From: Azolla caroliniana
Lineage: Eukaryota; Plantae; Polypodiophyta
DNA length: 64,000 nucleotides
Direction: 5' to 3'
NCBI GenBank assembly: GCA_043228905.1
Contig: JBHGNT010000003.1
Location: 4,650,001-4,714,000, forward strand
Part shown: positions 11,479-25,100 of the stretch, piece after piece
Layout of the letters: the number at the start of each line of letters is the position of its first letter
Numbering within the stretch: the first letter of the stretch is position 1
Translations under genes and position numbers: made by a program
Notes under the pieces: model-generated
Seen by the model: the letters and a program-made list of their open reading frames with translations, nothing else
What the model was told of the DNA's origin: nothing
Databases searched by the model: none

Positions 11479-11479
11479 G

Positions 11480-13147
11480 TGGCAATTTGTTAGGAAACAC
11501 GTCTTGAAAATCATCTAAAATAGAGTCGAGTAATCATTGTTCATAATGTGGTAATGGTGTGGCATCAATATTAAAATAATAAAATTGAAGCGCAGGTTCA
11601 ATTACACACGAATAAATTAATGAACTTGAATACTCACTTAAAGATTTAGAAGACACAAGTGAACGAGAAGGAAGTTTGGAACATTGAATAAAATGTTTAC
11701 AATTATTAAGTTCAAATGTGATTGAGTGATTAACCCAATCAATGGACAAAGAAGGGTTTTTATTAAAAAACCACGGGCCGGTATCCTAAAATGACATTTG
11801 CGGATTGTAGTTTCATAACATGAAAGTCAAGCTTCTCCGAATTGGCAATTATCAAACAATGCCACTGATGTATTGAACACTTCCATTTGCCATGTGAACT
11901 TGATTGATATTATCACTTGCGTTTATGTGGAGTTCCATTTGCTGCACAAAGTGATCATTAAGAAAATTGTGAGAACTACCGGAATCAAATAAGAAATGTG
12001 ATTGTGTTCCATTGATATACCTGACTGCTCGGAGTAAATCATTAGGTCCAAGTAAATGTGAAGGAAAAGTGCATTCACATGAACTTAAGTGGTTGGTATG
12101 AACTTCAACAACATCAAAAGACTCACCTGTGTGACTCGTAGATTTGACTTGAGGACGGTTGTTCATTGACTTCCTCTCAAGACGATGACAAGTATCCTTT
12201 GTGTGGCCCCGCTTCTTGCAATATGCACAGAAGAGGTTAGGTTTCTTGGAGTCATGGTCAAGAGTGTCATTGGATTGCTTACGTTTCCCAATGAACTTGA
12301 CATTCGGAGTTTTGGCGAACTTAGGTTTATTGTGGTCTTTCTTGGAAGTCCTATGGTACCGAAGTACAATGTTGACGGCTTCCTCGAAAGTTGTGGGGTC
12401 CTTGTCATGGACAATCCAATGGTAATCCCCATTGGGAATACCATTCAAAAAGCAAGCAACAAACCATTTCTCACCCGTAAGTCCCGATTTTTGGATCTGG
12501 GTCCGAGCATGATGCACATAATCCTCGAGAGAGATAAATGGCTTACTCGACAACGTGAGCACGTGTTGCGCTTGTTCAGTTTGAGAAGGTGGCTGCAAAT
12601 ACTGTTTCGTAAAAACATCAACGAAACCTTCCCAAGTTGTGGGTAAGTTCTTTGCAGTCCTTAGGCCACGCCACCAAGCAGCAGCTCGGCCACCTAACTC
12701 ACGACCGATGTAACCAATTTTTATAGCATCGGGCTTGGGATGGAGCTCAAAGTGAGACTCCCAACGACCAAGCCAAGTGCTAATGGCCTCCTTGGTTCTT
12801 TCTTTCTTATCTCCCTTGAATGGCGTTACTATGAAAGAAGGTTCACCTTCTTTCTTAGACTCAATAGTCAATTCTTAGAATTTCTTTTCCAATGCCATAT
12901 TGACTTGCCTCATTTCGGCCAATTGATTCAAGGTAGTAGTGAACAATTGCTCAATAGTGATCTCAGCTTGTGTTCGAGATGCAGATTGGAGTTGAGAGGT
13001 CTCGGTCGGAGAGATTGCTCCAACAACGTTGAAAACTTGTTCCATGATGCAAGCTGCAAGTTGTGGGTATGCAATATAAATAAGGAGGTTCAAAAAATAC
13101 ACAAGCAAAATGAATGCTTGAAACTTTGATTGTAAGAACTTTACCAA
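11480..13147 (-). pseudogene. Gypsy gag and aspartic protease
   Basis: Retrotrans-gag motifs, zinc knuckle CAYCKKRGHTKDTC, protease FLFDSGSSHNF, ILGYPW, DVFP. Confidence 0.93.
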
Positions 13148-14639
13148 GAAAGCATCTCACGTCTTTACTCCTCTAGACATATGAGATGTGATTTGAGATC
13201 CGATAACTATGGTAACACTTTGGTGTTTTAAAAACCATGGGGGCAAACATAGCTAAGATGTCTTTCTCAGATCTCTATCTTGAGTAATCATGGCGGCTCC
13301 CCGAGGCTCAACCATGGTTCTAACATCAACGTAGTTTTCTAGTTAGCCTTATATTAGAATGTCAACCCAACATGTAGTGATATGGTCGAGAAAGTGTATT
13401 ACGTGAAAAAACAAGTGCACTCGCAAGTAATATTCTAGTCTTGCGAGTAACAAGCAAATGTGATGATAAAAATGATAAAATAAGGCACTACCCATTAGAG
13501 GCAAGTAGTGACAAAAACAAGGGTCAAAAAACCCATGTGCTACCTACTAAAAAACCAATGTCACAAATAAATGGATGGTGCGAGGTATGCACATATATAT
13601 CCAAATATGGTGGTTGTAATTTGCAGAATTGTGACATAAGCCACAAATTGATACAAATGGCGATGGTATTGTGTGCAAAGATGTTGTACTCAAATTTATG
13701 AGTAAAACATCAATAGGGAAACTCATATGATTTGACTTGAGTTCTAAGGCTCAATAATATGAGTTAAACCTAGATGCGTTGGAAATAATTGTTCAAAAAG
13801 CGGCATGATGCCCAGTCAATATGAAAGATAGTCTACACGTAAGCGTTACATCATAGGTAAACGCACGTAAATACTTTAAACATGAAAAGAAAGGGGAAAA
13901 AGGAGAGTTAATTGTGGGTGGGTAAATCACAATTACGAGAAAATCATACAAAAATGAAATGACAATTTGTGTAATTAGAAATTAATTAGAATAATAATCA
14001 ATTAGTTGTATGGAACATTAAGCATGCCTTAAGCTAAGAACCTAGGGTAGTCGACATGCACCTCCTTAAGACCACCACATATCCCTAGAATCGGCCAAGT
14101 GATGGCTCAATAGAGAGTAGAGTGGTATAGGTAGGCGACATACACCTCGTCATGGCCACAACATCCCATAGAATTGGCCAAGTGATGGCTCAATCAGGAA
14201 GAGTGGCATCCTCAACATCATATGCAAAAGGGCCATGAGGTGAGTGTGTGCAATTAAGGAAAACACACTCGACTTGATGCACAACAATAATTAATATCAT
14301 AAGAGAATGCTCAAGAGAGAGGAGAGTGGGAGATACATCGCAATATGCAAAAGGCCATGAGTTGAGTGTGTGTGATTATTGCAAACATGCTCAGCCCGAT
14401 GCACAATAATAATTAAAATTGTATCGTGGTAGAAAGAAGAAAGAAAAGAAAAGAAAACGTAATACAAATTTGATTCGACCATAAAGAATGCATCATAGAA
14501 AGAAGAGAGAAATCGAGAAAGAAAAATACCGGGTTAAGAATGTTGTTTTGATCCTATGAAGAGCATGACGAGCCTTGTTAGATCCCCATCGCTCACACGC
14601 AAAAAATATCAAAACAACAAAAAATAATTGTTAGTAAAA

Positions 14640-14651
14640 GCTCTGATACCA
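14640..14651 (-). other. PBS complementary to tRNA-iMet
   Basis: GCTCTGATACCA = reverse complement of TGGTATCAGAGC, next to the LTR. Confidence 0.9.
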
Positions 14652-14652
14652 C

Positions 14653-15124
14653 TGTTAAGAGTCTGTTACTAATCAATAGACCAAACTAAAGTAAAAGAAG
14701 GAAAATAGAATGGATAAAAGAACCTGTTCCACTCGACCACCCCCGAGCTATGATCTAGACAAGCCAACCAACCACCAACGTCCCATACCGTTGGATATTA
14801 GGATGACTAATACCTTGGAAGAGAAAAACAGAATCGTCGAGACGAAAACCTAGCCCGCACCACTAGTGTCTAAGACAGCAACCTTCCGACGTTATGTGAT
14901 TATGAGGGTAGCTAAGCCTCATATTTATACCTTTTCCTAGGCCCCTTGAATAGACGTGCCTTTCTAAAAGGCTCTCCATTCATTGGTTGTCCAAATCATG
15001 ATAGTGCATGCACCTATAATTCCTTCTATCCAATCATTAGTCCCCTTTTTAATATTAGTGAACATACCCTTCACTAATGTAAATATTGGTGACCTACCCT
15101 CACCAACGTTATGTGTACATAACA
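14653..15124 (-). repeat. 5' LTR of Gypsy 1281-15124
   Basis: Direct repeat of 1281-1753. Confidence 0.95.
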
Positions 15125-17676
15125 CTGGTACACCCATTTGTCAAGAAGAAAGATGGATCCCTTCGTCTCATCGTTGATTACTGCGGCTTGAATAAGCTCA
15201 CCATCAGGAATAGGTATGCACTTCCCCTTATATCAAGTCTATTAGAACGTGTAAATGGTGCCAAGTTTTATACAAAAATCGACTTACGAGGAGCATATAA
15301 CCTCGTGCGGATCTGACTGGGAGACGAATGGAAGATCACTTTTCGCACCCGATATGGGCACTTCGAGTATATCGTTATGCCGTTCGGTCTACATAACCAA
15401 TGCGCCCACAGACTTCCAACATGCGAAATGATATATTCAAAGATCTCTTGGATATCTGTTTGATCATCTATCTGGATGATCTATTGATTTATTCGAAGAC
15501 CCAGGAAGAGCATGATTCTCATGTACTATTAGTACTAAAACGACTCCGAGAGCATGGTCTTTATGCCAAACTAGAAAAATGTAGCTTTGACTACAAGCAA
15601 GTGGAATTTCTAGGCTACGTCATCTCCTCAAAAGGCATCTCCATGGATCCAGCTAAAGTCAAAACTGTGCTAAAGTGGAAAACTCCACATTCGTTACGAG
15701 ATGTGCAATGTTTCCTAGGCTTCTCTAACTTCTACCGCAAGTTTATGCAAGATTACTCGAAGATTATTTTGCCTCTCACATAGCTTACCAAGAAGGGATA
15801 GTCATTTCTTTGGTCCAATGAAGCGGACATGGCTTTTATGCATCTTAAGAAAGTCTATACATTAACTCCTATTCTAGCTCATGTGAATACAAACAAACTA
15901 TTCATCATGGAGGCTGATGCATCGGATTTCGCCCTCGGTAGCATCCTTTGACAACAAGAAGATAAAGAAGAGTTACATCCTGTGGCTTTCCACTTGCTCA
16001 AATTTGATGCCTTGGAAATCAACTGTGAGATACATGACAAGGAGTTACTAGCCATCGTGGATTCGTTTGTGCAATGGCGGCACTTCTTAGAGGGCTCTCC
16101 TCATCAGGTCATCGTCTTCAGTGATCACAAAAATCTTGCTTATTTCTAGAATGCTCGCATACTAAATCAACACATTTGCACACACGCGGATTTTTCACAC
16201 TCCACTGGATTCCCGAATTATCAATGCCATATGTGCCAATTTGAAGACAGATAGTTTTGCTCAAGCCATTCGGGCTTCTTGTTCCCAGTCTCAACAACCA
16301 GGTATGGACTACCGACAAGTCGAATATCATGATGGTTTATTATTCTTTAAAAAGCTCGTGTATGTTCCTGATTGCTCTTGTCGCCTTCAAATCGTCCAAA
16401 ATTGTCACGACACCCATACAACTAGACATTTCGGTAGTACTAAGACGTTGGATCTAGTCGGATGATCTTTTTGGTGGCCCCATATGCGACGTTTTGTCGA
16501 CGACTACGTTCGGACCTGTGATGCTTGTTGCCAAGCAAAGATGCCACGACATCATCCATATGGCTTGTTGGAATCCTTACCAATTCTAGGTAAGCCGTGG
16601 CAATCCATTTGTCTTGATTTTATCACAAATCTTCCAGTCTCGAAGGGCTTTGATGCTATTTTAACCATCGTTGACCGATATACTAAGATGGCACATTTTG
16701 TGCCTTGTACTAAGGCCATCACTAGTGAGAAAACCGCCACCCTTGTCATGCGTGAGGTTTTTCGGCATCATGGCCTCGCAAACAGTATCATCAGTGATTG
16801 AGGACCTCAATTCGTCTCCAAATTTTGGAAGCATCTCTTCAAGATGCTCAAGGTCTCTTGCAACCTCTCCTCCCACTATCATCCCCAAACTGATGGGCAA
16901 GTGAAACGAACAAACCAAACACTAGAACAATACCTTTGGTGTTTTCTGAGTTATCAACCAGACGATTGGGTTGATATTCTCCACTTTGCTGAGTTTGCTT
17001 ATAATAATGATGTTCACTCCTCCACTCGGTTCTCCCCATTTTATGCTTATACCGGTTCTCATCCTCATTGGTCTGTGATCAACACTCTAGAGCTACCTAC
17101 CAATCCTCGTGCCGAGGATCATTTGGAGAGGCTACGCAAGATTCAGACGGATCTATCTACTCATCTTAATCATGCTCAACACACATCGAAGACTTATGCA
17201 GATCATCATCGGCTTCCCTCCTCTTTTGCCGTCGGAGATCGACTATGGGTCTTACGTTGTCACATCAAGACTACTCGACCATGCGACAAATTGGAATATC
17301 GACGACTCAATCCTTTCCATATTACCGACAAGATTAATGATGTCACGTACCGCCTTGATCTTCCTCCACACCTTCAGATACATATGGTCTTCCCAACAGT
17401 ATTCCTGATCATGTTACACCACCGCCGCCGCTGCTTGAGTTAGACGCCAGCCCGAAGTATGAAGTTACTGCCGTCCTCGACTCCAAGTTTGTTCGCAACA
17501 AACTTTATTATTTGGTCGATTGGCTTGACTATAGTCCGTGCCAACGTACTTGGGAACCCGTCGAGCATGTCACCAATGCTCATGATCTTCTTGTTGATTT
17601 CCACCAACAGTATCCGGACAAACCTGGTCCCCAATCAACGCCGATTCGTAACACTCGTCATTTTAAGGGGGGATAG
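15125..17676 (+). pseudogene. Tcn1-like Gypsy RT-RNase H-integrase-chromodomain (degenerate)
   Basis: [46 protein letters not shown]; group-I chromodomain YEVTAVLDSK..YYLVDWLDY....TWEP at ~17458-17630; stop abuts the LTR after PPT 17665-17676. Confidence 0.92.
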
Positions 17677-18095
17677 TGTCATGATACGGCAAGACTAGAA
17701 CCCATGACCTTATGTTATATGGGTCGAGCTCTTGACCATTACACTATCTATTGTAATACGTAAGATATTATTTTCATTTAAGTTTTACTATAGAAAATTA
17801 ATGTATATTCTAGATTTCTCTAGAACATTCTAGAAGGTTTAAGACTACTCTTGAGAACACTATAAAAGGAGGCACAAGGCATTATTTCAAACCAAATTGG
17901 TTCAACGCCAGTCTTAAGCCTGATAGCTATTTTGTATTTACTCTTCACATACTATATCGTCTGTTATCATCATCCTCTCTCTCTCCTTTTCTCTCTTCCT
18001 CTCTCGTGAGTCTTACGTAGTCAGTCCTCCTAGTACTAATAGTACTTCCCTTCTCTAGTACCGATTCTCTCTCTGTTTTAGTACTACTCTTGACA
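17677..18095 (+). repeat. 3' LTR of Tcn1-like element
   Basis: TGTCATGA...CTTGACA after the PPT; same family as LTR 33347-33794. Confidence 0.9.
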
Positions 18096-19503
18096 CGTGC
18101 ACGGCCGCACATGAAAATAAATTGTGTACTTGTATATAACATAGGACTAGGCTAGGTTGGCGCGATGTATAAAACTTTAATAGGGCAAATTAAATAAGGG
18201 AATAAATCTAGGAGAATCTCTACCCGGGACTGGAGATATTAATTACTTGATGCAATAGCCCTCTTCCTCCTTGGTCTATAAAAGGAGGTAGAGAGGATTG
18301 AGTTAGGGATCGCGTGTTTAGGGAGAAAAAACTGTTGTCGGACTGGAAACCGAGCGCCTATTCTCTGTATTCTCTGCTTTTTTCTTTCTGTTTGTTTCCT
18401 CTTAGGTCAGACGCCTCTGCTCGCATAGGAAGCCCGTGTGCTCCCGACAGAGGCTCCACATTGTACTTCAGTGATTGGTGTGCGTGGTTGGTCGTTGAGA
18501 TCGTAGCTCGGCTACCAGCAAAGCTGATTGTAACTTCTCTACCTTCTAATTGAAATGTTGGTATGCGTTTCTTGTTGATCATCTAGTGTGTTGCTCCGAT
18601 CCCAGCCGAGCCGGTTGTGCTCTGTGCATCTCGACACCTAACGCCCTACGCACCCTTTGTCTATCTTATTCTTCTTCTTCTTGAATGCTTCGGTCCGAGG
18701 CCCCCATGGTCCACTTAGCTTTGCACACGCACGCATAGTTACGCGACATTATTTGGTGAAGTCGACATGAAACGGGCGGCAGAGGAGTCTGAAGAATGAG
18801 GGAAAGCAAGCTTGCTGAAGCCATGACAGTAGTCGTTGAGCAACTAGTGAGCGCTCGTGAGGGCACGAGTGCCCTTGATAGGGCCATCGAAACAATCGTC
18901 GGCACAATAGGCCGATTTGGTGGGAAGAACGTGACAAGTTACCTTGAGGCCTACCGGGCCGAGATGATAACGATGGATATTCCGGAGGACAGATGACCGT
19001 TCAGATTCCCTTGGGTGGTGTCGCCGAGTATTCACACAAAGGTGCTTGAGGTACATGCTAGTTGCCGAAACTAGGAGTTCGAAGGGCGGCTCCTCGAGAG
19101 GTACGGGTGTGATAACTCGCTTCGGCTGTTGAAGCGGGAGTTCATGGAGTGGATCGAGAGTCCGAGAAAGGGGAGGAACACGTTGGCGCCCCTCTAGGAG
19201 TTCGAAAAACGGTTCACTCAGCTTTCGGCACTGGACCGGACTGTGCTTGATACGAGCCGGGTCCTACTCTTCATCAAATCGGTGGATGCATTTGACAGGG
19301 AGAAGGTGGGTCTCTTGTTGGAGACGGATGAAGGGCTCATGGCTGATTGGGCCGTGGTAAAACGAGTCGATAACTGTTTCGACAAACAACGTGAGTGGAG
19401 TGAGCAGGTTCGTCGGCGATGGCGAAGAGGCTAGAAGAATTGATTCCGGCTAGGACGGAAGAGACGCGAAGGTGGATCGAGTCTGGGATGTTCCGACTGA
19501 CGT
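18096..19503 (+). mobile_element. Fragment of tRNA-Trp-primed Gypsy: partial 5' LTR (to 18748), PBS, degenerate gag
   Basis: LTR end GTTACGCGACA, PBS-like TTGGTGAAGTCGACATGAA, gag IGRFGGKNVTSYLEAYRAEM..VLLFIKSVD homologous to 40240-41058. Confidence 0.8.
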
Positions 19504-22178
19504 TGTCGCGTTGTTATGTGCATGCATATATAACGAAGCGGGACCACGGGGGTCTTGGACCGAGGAAGAACTGGACATGAGTAGGAGCAAGAAAGACAAT
19601 GATTGTGCTTCCACACACACAACACATGCAGATACACAGAAACTGCAACTGAATGAAACAATAGAAATGAGACGAACGCGTATATGTATGTATATATTCT
19701 GATGAAAAAGAGTTACAACCGGTAGGCCAGTGAGCAACAAAAGTCCTACGCCTACACGCACGGACACAGAAGAGAGAGATGGAGACTCTGCCGGAAGCAC
19801 TCGGGCGTGAGCCTCCCGAAAACCTGCACAGAGCAAACACAGAGCAAGACGGAGGAGAAGAGCTCGGTCCTAGTCCGACAACATTTCGTCCTCGACAAAA
19901 GCGATCCCCTCCACAATACCTCTCCCTCTCTTTTATAGCCCAAGGAGGGAGGCTGTTACAACCTGTTACATCATCTTTATTCTCTGTCCTTTCGGATAGA
20001 GATACACCTCGATTTCCTACCTATCAAATCTGTGTGACCTAGGATATTCACATCAGCCGACTTGTACCTAAATATGTGCACTACAACAAAACTTCTGCCC
20101 ACGTGTAAAGGCCGGTTCGCGCACATCATTCTCCGATTCCGCCTAGGGCCAGTTTTCTCCACGACATCCGCCCCCACCTAATCACGCATCTACCGGTATG
20201 CGCCAAAATAGACTCTTGTCGGAGAAGACCGGCCCACGCTTACCCTTTGCTCTCCGGATCGCCATTTTCTCCGAACCGGTTGTCCTTGCTATTCAAGTCG
20301 CCCGGGTCCGGTTCATCCTTGTGCCGCTTTTTGAACGCTTTGATACTTTTCTCGGCCACCGCTACTGCCATCCTCGTCCCGTCGAGCTCCGTGAGATGGT
20401 AGGTCCCGTTGTCATTGGTGCTGGCCACCACATAAGGCCTGAACCACCTCCTTGCGAACTTCCGCATTGCCTTGTGCTGGTTGTCAAGGCTGTTGTCATA
20501 TACCAGAACCCAGTCGCCTTCCTCGATTTTCCTCGGCCGTAGTCAATGGGTCCTGTCGAATCATTCTTTGTTCTTCACCCTTGTCGCCCATAGCTTTTCC
20601 GCGGCTCGTTCCACATCCTCCGATCTTCGCTCGAGCTGTCGGATCCGCGCCGCTAACAACTCCTCCTGGCTCATCTCGTCTTTCCAGTCCACCGCAGCCC
20701 ATGAGGAGATCGTTTGCACCATTGGCATGACCGGCTTCTGCCCGTACATCAACTCCGGCGGCATGAACCCGGTTACCGAACTGTGCGTAGTTCGGTCGGC
20801 CCACAACGCATAGGGTAAGAGTCGCGGCCAATTTCGGACTTGGCCTTTACAGGCACGCAGTAACGCTTTGATGATCGGCCCGTGTCCGCGTTCCACCTTC
20901 CCGTTCGCCTCCGGATTGTACGCCGTGGTGAGCGAGAGTTTAACTGCTAGCCGGTCAAATAGCTCTTCAGCCTCTTGTGTGTCCAGTTCTTCGCGGTCGG
21001 CTATGATCTTCCCTATGCACCCGTACTGGCATACCACCTCTTCGATTAGAAATCAACACATGGCCGCGGTCGTTTTGTTCGTCAGTGTCAGGTCCTCTCG
21101 TGCCAGCACTAGGTATGGCATCTGCCCTACCCCCATCGGCATCATCACCAGATCCACTATCCATTTGAAGTGGATAGTCGGTGGGTAGGTTGGGTGAAGC
21201 TTGTCCCGATGTCGAACTACGGAGTGCATCTGACAACTTTCGCAAGTCCTCACAAGCCGATGCACGTCCCGGTATAGTCCCGGCCACCAGTACTTCCCCT
21301 TCAACTTCTCGAATGTGGCCCATGTGCCGCGGTGTCCAGCCCAGGGACTTTCGTGGTACGCCGCTAGCAATTCCTCTCGTTCCTCTTTCTTCGCCACAAC
21401 CCGGAGCGGAACGCCATTTCTCTTCTTTGGGTGTTTCTAGATGCTCCCATCCCATAGGAAGAATCGGTGCGCTTTCTTCCGAATCCGGTTGGCCTCTTCC
21501 TTCGTCCACGCCGCGTCTGGTGTCATTGTCTTCAAGAACCCACCGATCTGGAGCCACTCCCCGTTGTGTTGGGAATCAACTCTTCTATTCACCTTCTTCG
21601 CTCGGCCACAACCGATTAATCGCGGATCAATGGAGCAGAAAATAGGAACCAAAGAGAGAAACACACGAGTACACAGGGATTAACGTGGAAAACCCTAGAT
21701 GGGAAAAACCACGGGAGTACTAGGCTCCAAACAACACTATACAAAGAGAAGTATACAATGACGAGCTGCAAGGCGACGACCTTGAGCTCGCTGTCCTCGC
21801 CACAGGCGGCGGAAATACACAGAGGCGTCTACCTCTTCCTCTCTCGCGCTCTATCTCTCTCTCTCTCTCACGGCTGCTCTCTCTTCACTCCTCTTGAGTG
21901 GAAAAACAGAAAAAATGAGTAGCAACAGTAAAACTGTTTGCCCTAAGTCATATTTATACTTATATGACTTTGGGCTATTTACGACTATAGCCTCAGGGGC
22001 CCATAGCGAACATATTCACGGATATGTCCCTGCATCCGGATCGCTCTCCGGGTACATCCGTCATCCGGCACCGAAGCCGGGGTCTTCGTCATCCGGATCC
22101 GAAACCGAAACCGGGCTCGTCGGCATTGACATCCGACCATCCCATCCGAAGGGACCGTAATTCCAACAAACTCCCCCT

Positions 22179-25100
22179 TCACTTCGGCATGGGATGTCTT
22201 TCCAATCCGATCCTCTTCCGGCATGCTTCCAGCTTGTCGGGTATGAGGACCTTGGTCAGCATATCCGACCCGTTCTCGTCCGTGTGGATCTTTGTCAGCA
22301 CGAACTCCTTGTCTTCTATCCTTTCCCGGATCCAGTGATATCTTCGCTGGATGTGCTTCGTCCGGGAGTGATAGGCCGCGTTCTTCGCAAGGTGGATTGC
22401 ACTCTGACTGTCGCAGTAGAGTCGGTACTCCTCCTGCTGGATTCCGAGCTCTCTGATGAAGTCCTTCATCCATATTATTTCCTTGCCAGCTTCAACAGCC
22501 GCCATGTACTCCGCCTCCGTGGTTGACAACGCAACCGTCTTCTGCAGCCTCGATTGCCATGAAACAGCTCCCCCTGCATACGTCATCACATACCCTGATG
22601 TGGACCGGCTGGTATCTGCATCAGCCGACATATCCGAATCGGTGAAGCCGTCGAGTTCGGGCTTCCCGGAGCCGAATCGGAGGCACACGTTTGCCGTGCC
22701 CTTCAGGTATCGGAGTATCCACTTGGCCGCGTTCCAATGCTCTTTGCCGGGATTGCTCATGTACCGGCTCACCACTCCGACTGCATATCCTATGTCCGGT
22801 CGGGTACACACCATCGCGTACATCAAGCTCCCGACGGCAGAGGCATATGGCACTTTCATCATATCCTCCTTTTCAGCCTTTGTCTTGGGACTTTGCTTGC
22901 TGGACAGCTTGCAGTTTGCCGGGAGGGTCGATCCGACCGGTCTTGCTTCCGACATGTTGAACCGGTGAAGCACCTTCGTCACGTACTTCTCCTGTGACAG
23001 CCACAACTGCTTCTTCTTCCGGTCCCGGATGATATGCATCCCTAGTATTTGTCTCGCCGGACCCAGGTCCTTCATTGAGAAGGTTCGGTGAAGAGCCTTC
23101 TTCAGCATCCGAATCTTGACCTGGTCCCGTCCGACGATCAACATGTCGTCCACGTACAGGAGGAGTATTAGAAGGTCTCCTCCTTCGAACTTCTTCACAA
23201 ACACGCAGTGGTCGGACTGCGTTTTGAGGTACCCTTCGTCGGTCATGAAGGAGTCGAATTTCCGGTACCATTGCCGGGGAGCCTGCTTCAGTCCGTAAAG
23301 GCTCTTCTTCAACCGGCATACCAGGTGCTCCTTCCCTTTCTTCTCGAATCCTTCCGGTTGCTGCATGTAGATCTCTTCATCGAGGTCACCGTGAAGGAAT
23401 GCCGTCTTCACGTCCATCTGTTCTACCTCGAGGTCCATGCTTGCCGCTATGCTCAGCACCGTCCGGATGGAGGTCATCTTCACTACCGGGGCAAATATCT
23501 CGTCGAAGTCGACGCCCTTCTTCTGCTGAAACCCCTTCACCACGATCCTGGCTTTGTATCTCGGGGGGTTTCCGGCATCTCCTGGTTTCAGCTTGAACAC
23601 CCACTTGTTTCGAAGTGCCCGCTTTCCTTTCGGCAACTCCACAAGTTCATATGTGTGGTTCTCATGCAGGGAATCCATCTCGTCCTGCATGGCACTCAAC
23701 CACCTACGGCTCTGGGTGTCGTGCTTTGCTTCTTCAAAGCTCTCCGGCTCCCCCTCGTCGGTTAGCAGCACGTGCTCTGGATCCGGAAATCTCCGGGGGG
23801 CCCTCCTCTCTCTTAGAGGATATCTCCGTTCGGGAGCTTCGGTAACCGGTTCTTCCGATTCTTCTTCATCCGAATCCATTTCGGGATCGGGGCCGGTTCC
23901 GGTATCATTTTCGTCTTCTTCGGCCGGTTCGGTTTCTTCACCGTCTTCGGCCAGATCCTCGAGTGCTAACCGGTCCCTTGCCGGTCGGGACTGCTCCTCG
24001 TAGAGTTGATCCTCACCGGTCGACTTGGAGCTCTTCATCTTCTTCTCCGACTCCCAGTCGGCGAGTGTCTTCTCCTCCATGAAGATGATGTCTCGACTCC
24101 TGAATATCTTCTTGTCGACCGGGTCCCATACTCGGTAGCCGAACTCATCGTCGCCGTAACCGAGGAATATGCATGGCCGGGTCTTCGGATCTAGCTTTCC
24201 TCTCCGGTCCTTTGCCACATGTACGTATGCGAGACACCCGAACACCTTCAGATGCCGGTAGGACACTTCCTTACCGGTCCACACTCTCTGCGGCGTGTCT
24301 CCGTCCAAAGGTACTGAGGGTGATCTATTTATCACATACGTCGCCGTCGACATTGCCTCAGCCCAAAATCCCTTGGGTAATATCGCATGCGCCAGCATAC
24401 TCCGGACCCTCTCCATTATGGTCCGGTTCATCCTCTCGGCCAGCCCGTTCAGTTCCGGCGTCTTCGGCACAGTAAACTCGAGTCGGATTCCCTTCGAGCG
24501 ACAGTACTCCTGGAACTGCCCCCGGTATTCCCCTCCGTTATCCGCTCGTATCGCTTTCAGCTTCTTGCCGGATTCCCTTTCCACTCTCGCGTGAAGTTCT
24601 TTGAAGACGCACAACACTTGGTCCTTTGTCTTCAACGGTGCCGTCCACAGCTTCCGACTGTAATCATCGATGAACGTTACGAAGTACTGGGCTCCGCCAT
24701 GTGACTTTGTTTCTACCTGACACACATCAGTGTGCACCAACTCCAATGGTGCGCTACGTCTCGTCGGTGGCCTTGAGTGGAAGGAGGCTCGGTTCTGCTT
24801 ACCGGCCAGGCAGTCGGTGCACTTCTCCAGGTGCACTTGCTTCACTGGAATAAGGTTGTCTTCTGCAAGCCTCTTCATCCCCTTCTCACTCATGTGGCAC
24901 AGTCTCTTGTGCCACAGCTCACCGGCAGTGTCGGCTGCCACGTTCAGCTCCTCCGGACATAGCCGGGAATTCATCAGGTACAGTGTGTTGACCTTCCGGG
25001 CCCGAGCCACTATCAGGCTCCCTTTGCTGAACTTCATGACACCGTTCCGGATGCTACCCGTGTAGCCTTCATCGTCTAGCCTCCCGGCCGAGATCAGGTT

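Larger units (their letters stand above)
4403..11479. mobile_element. Putative Sola-like DNA transposon relic with ParB-methyltransferase cargo and palindrome array
   Basis: Non-retroviral block interrupting Gypsy pol exactly between DVFPNKLP (11480 upward) and TCLPPKR (4402 downward). Contains a divergent transposase-like gene and an MTase gene. Right end truncated; no clean TIR pair or TSD seen. Confidence 0.7.
1281..15124 (-). mobile_element. Full-length degenerate Ty3/Gypsy chromovirus (tRNA-iMet primed), carrying a 7-kb internal insertion
   Basis: LTRs 1281-1753 and 14653-15124 (TGTTAAGA...CATAACA), PPT next to 1754, PBS at 14640-14651, flanks CTAGT/CTGGT (5-bp TSD with one mismatch); host RT reads through across the insertion. 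Confidence 0.93.

Noticed and set aside
4403-11479. Canonical Helitron
   Set aside because: No Rep/helicase and no clear TC...CTRR ends in an A-T target; only a hairpin near one end, kept as a weak possibility in the findings.
22194-25065. Many plus-strand ORFs overlapping Copia pol
   Set aside because: Antisense shadows of a GC-rich coding sequence with no motifs.
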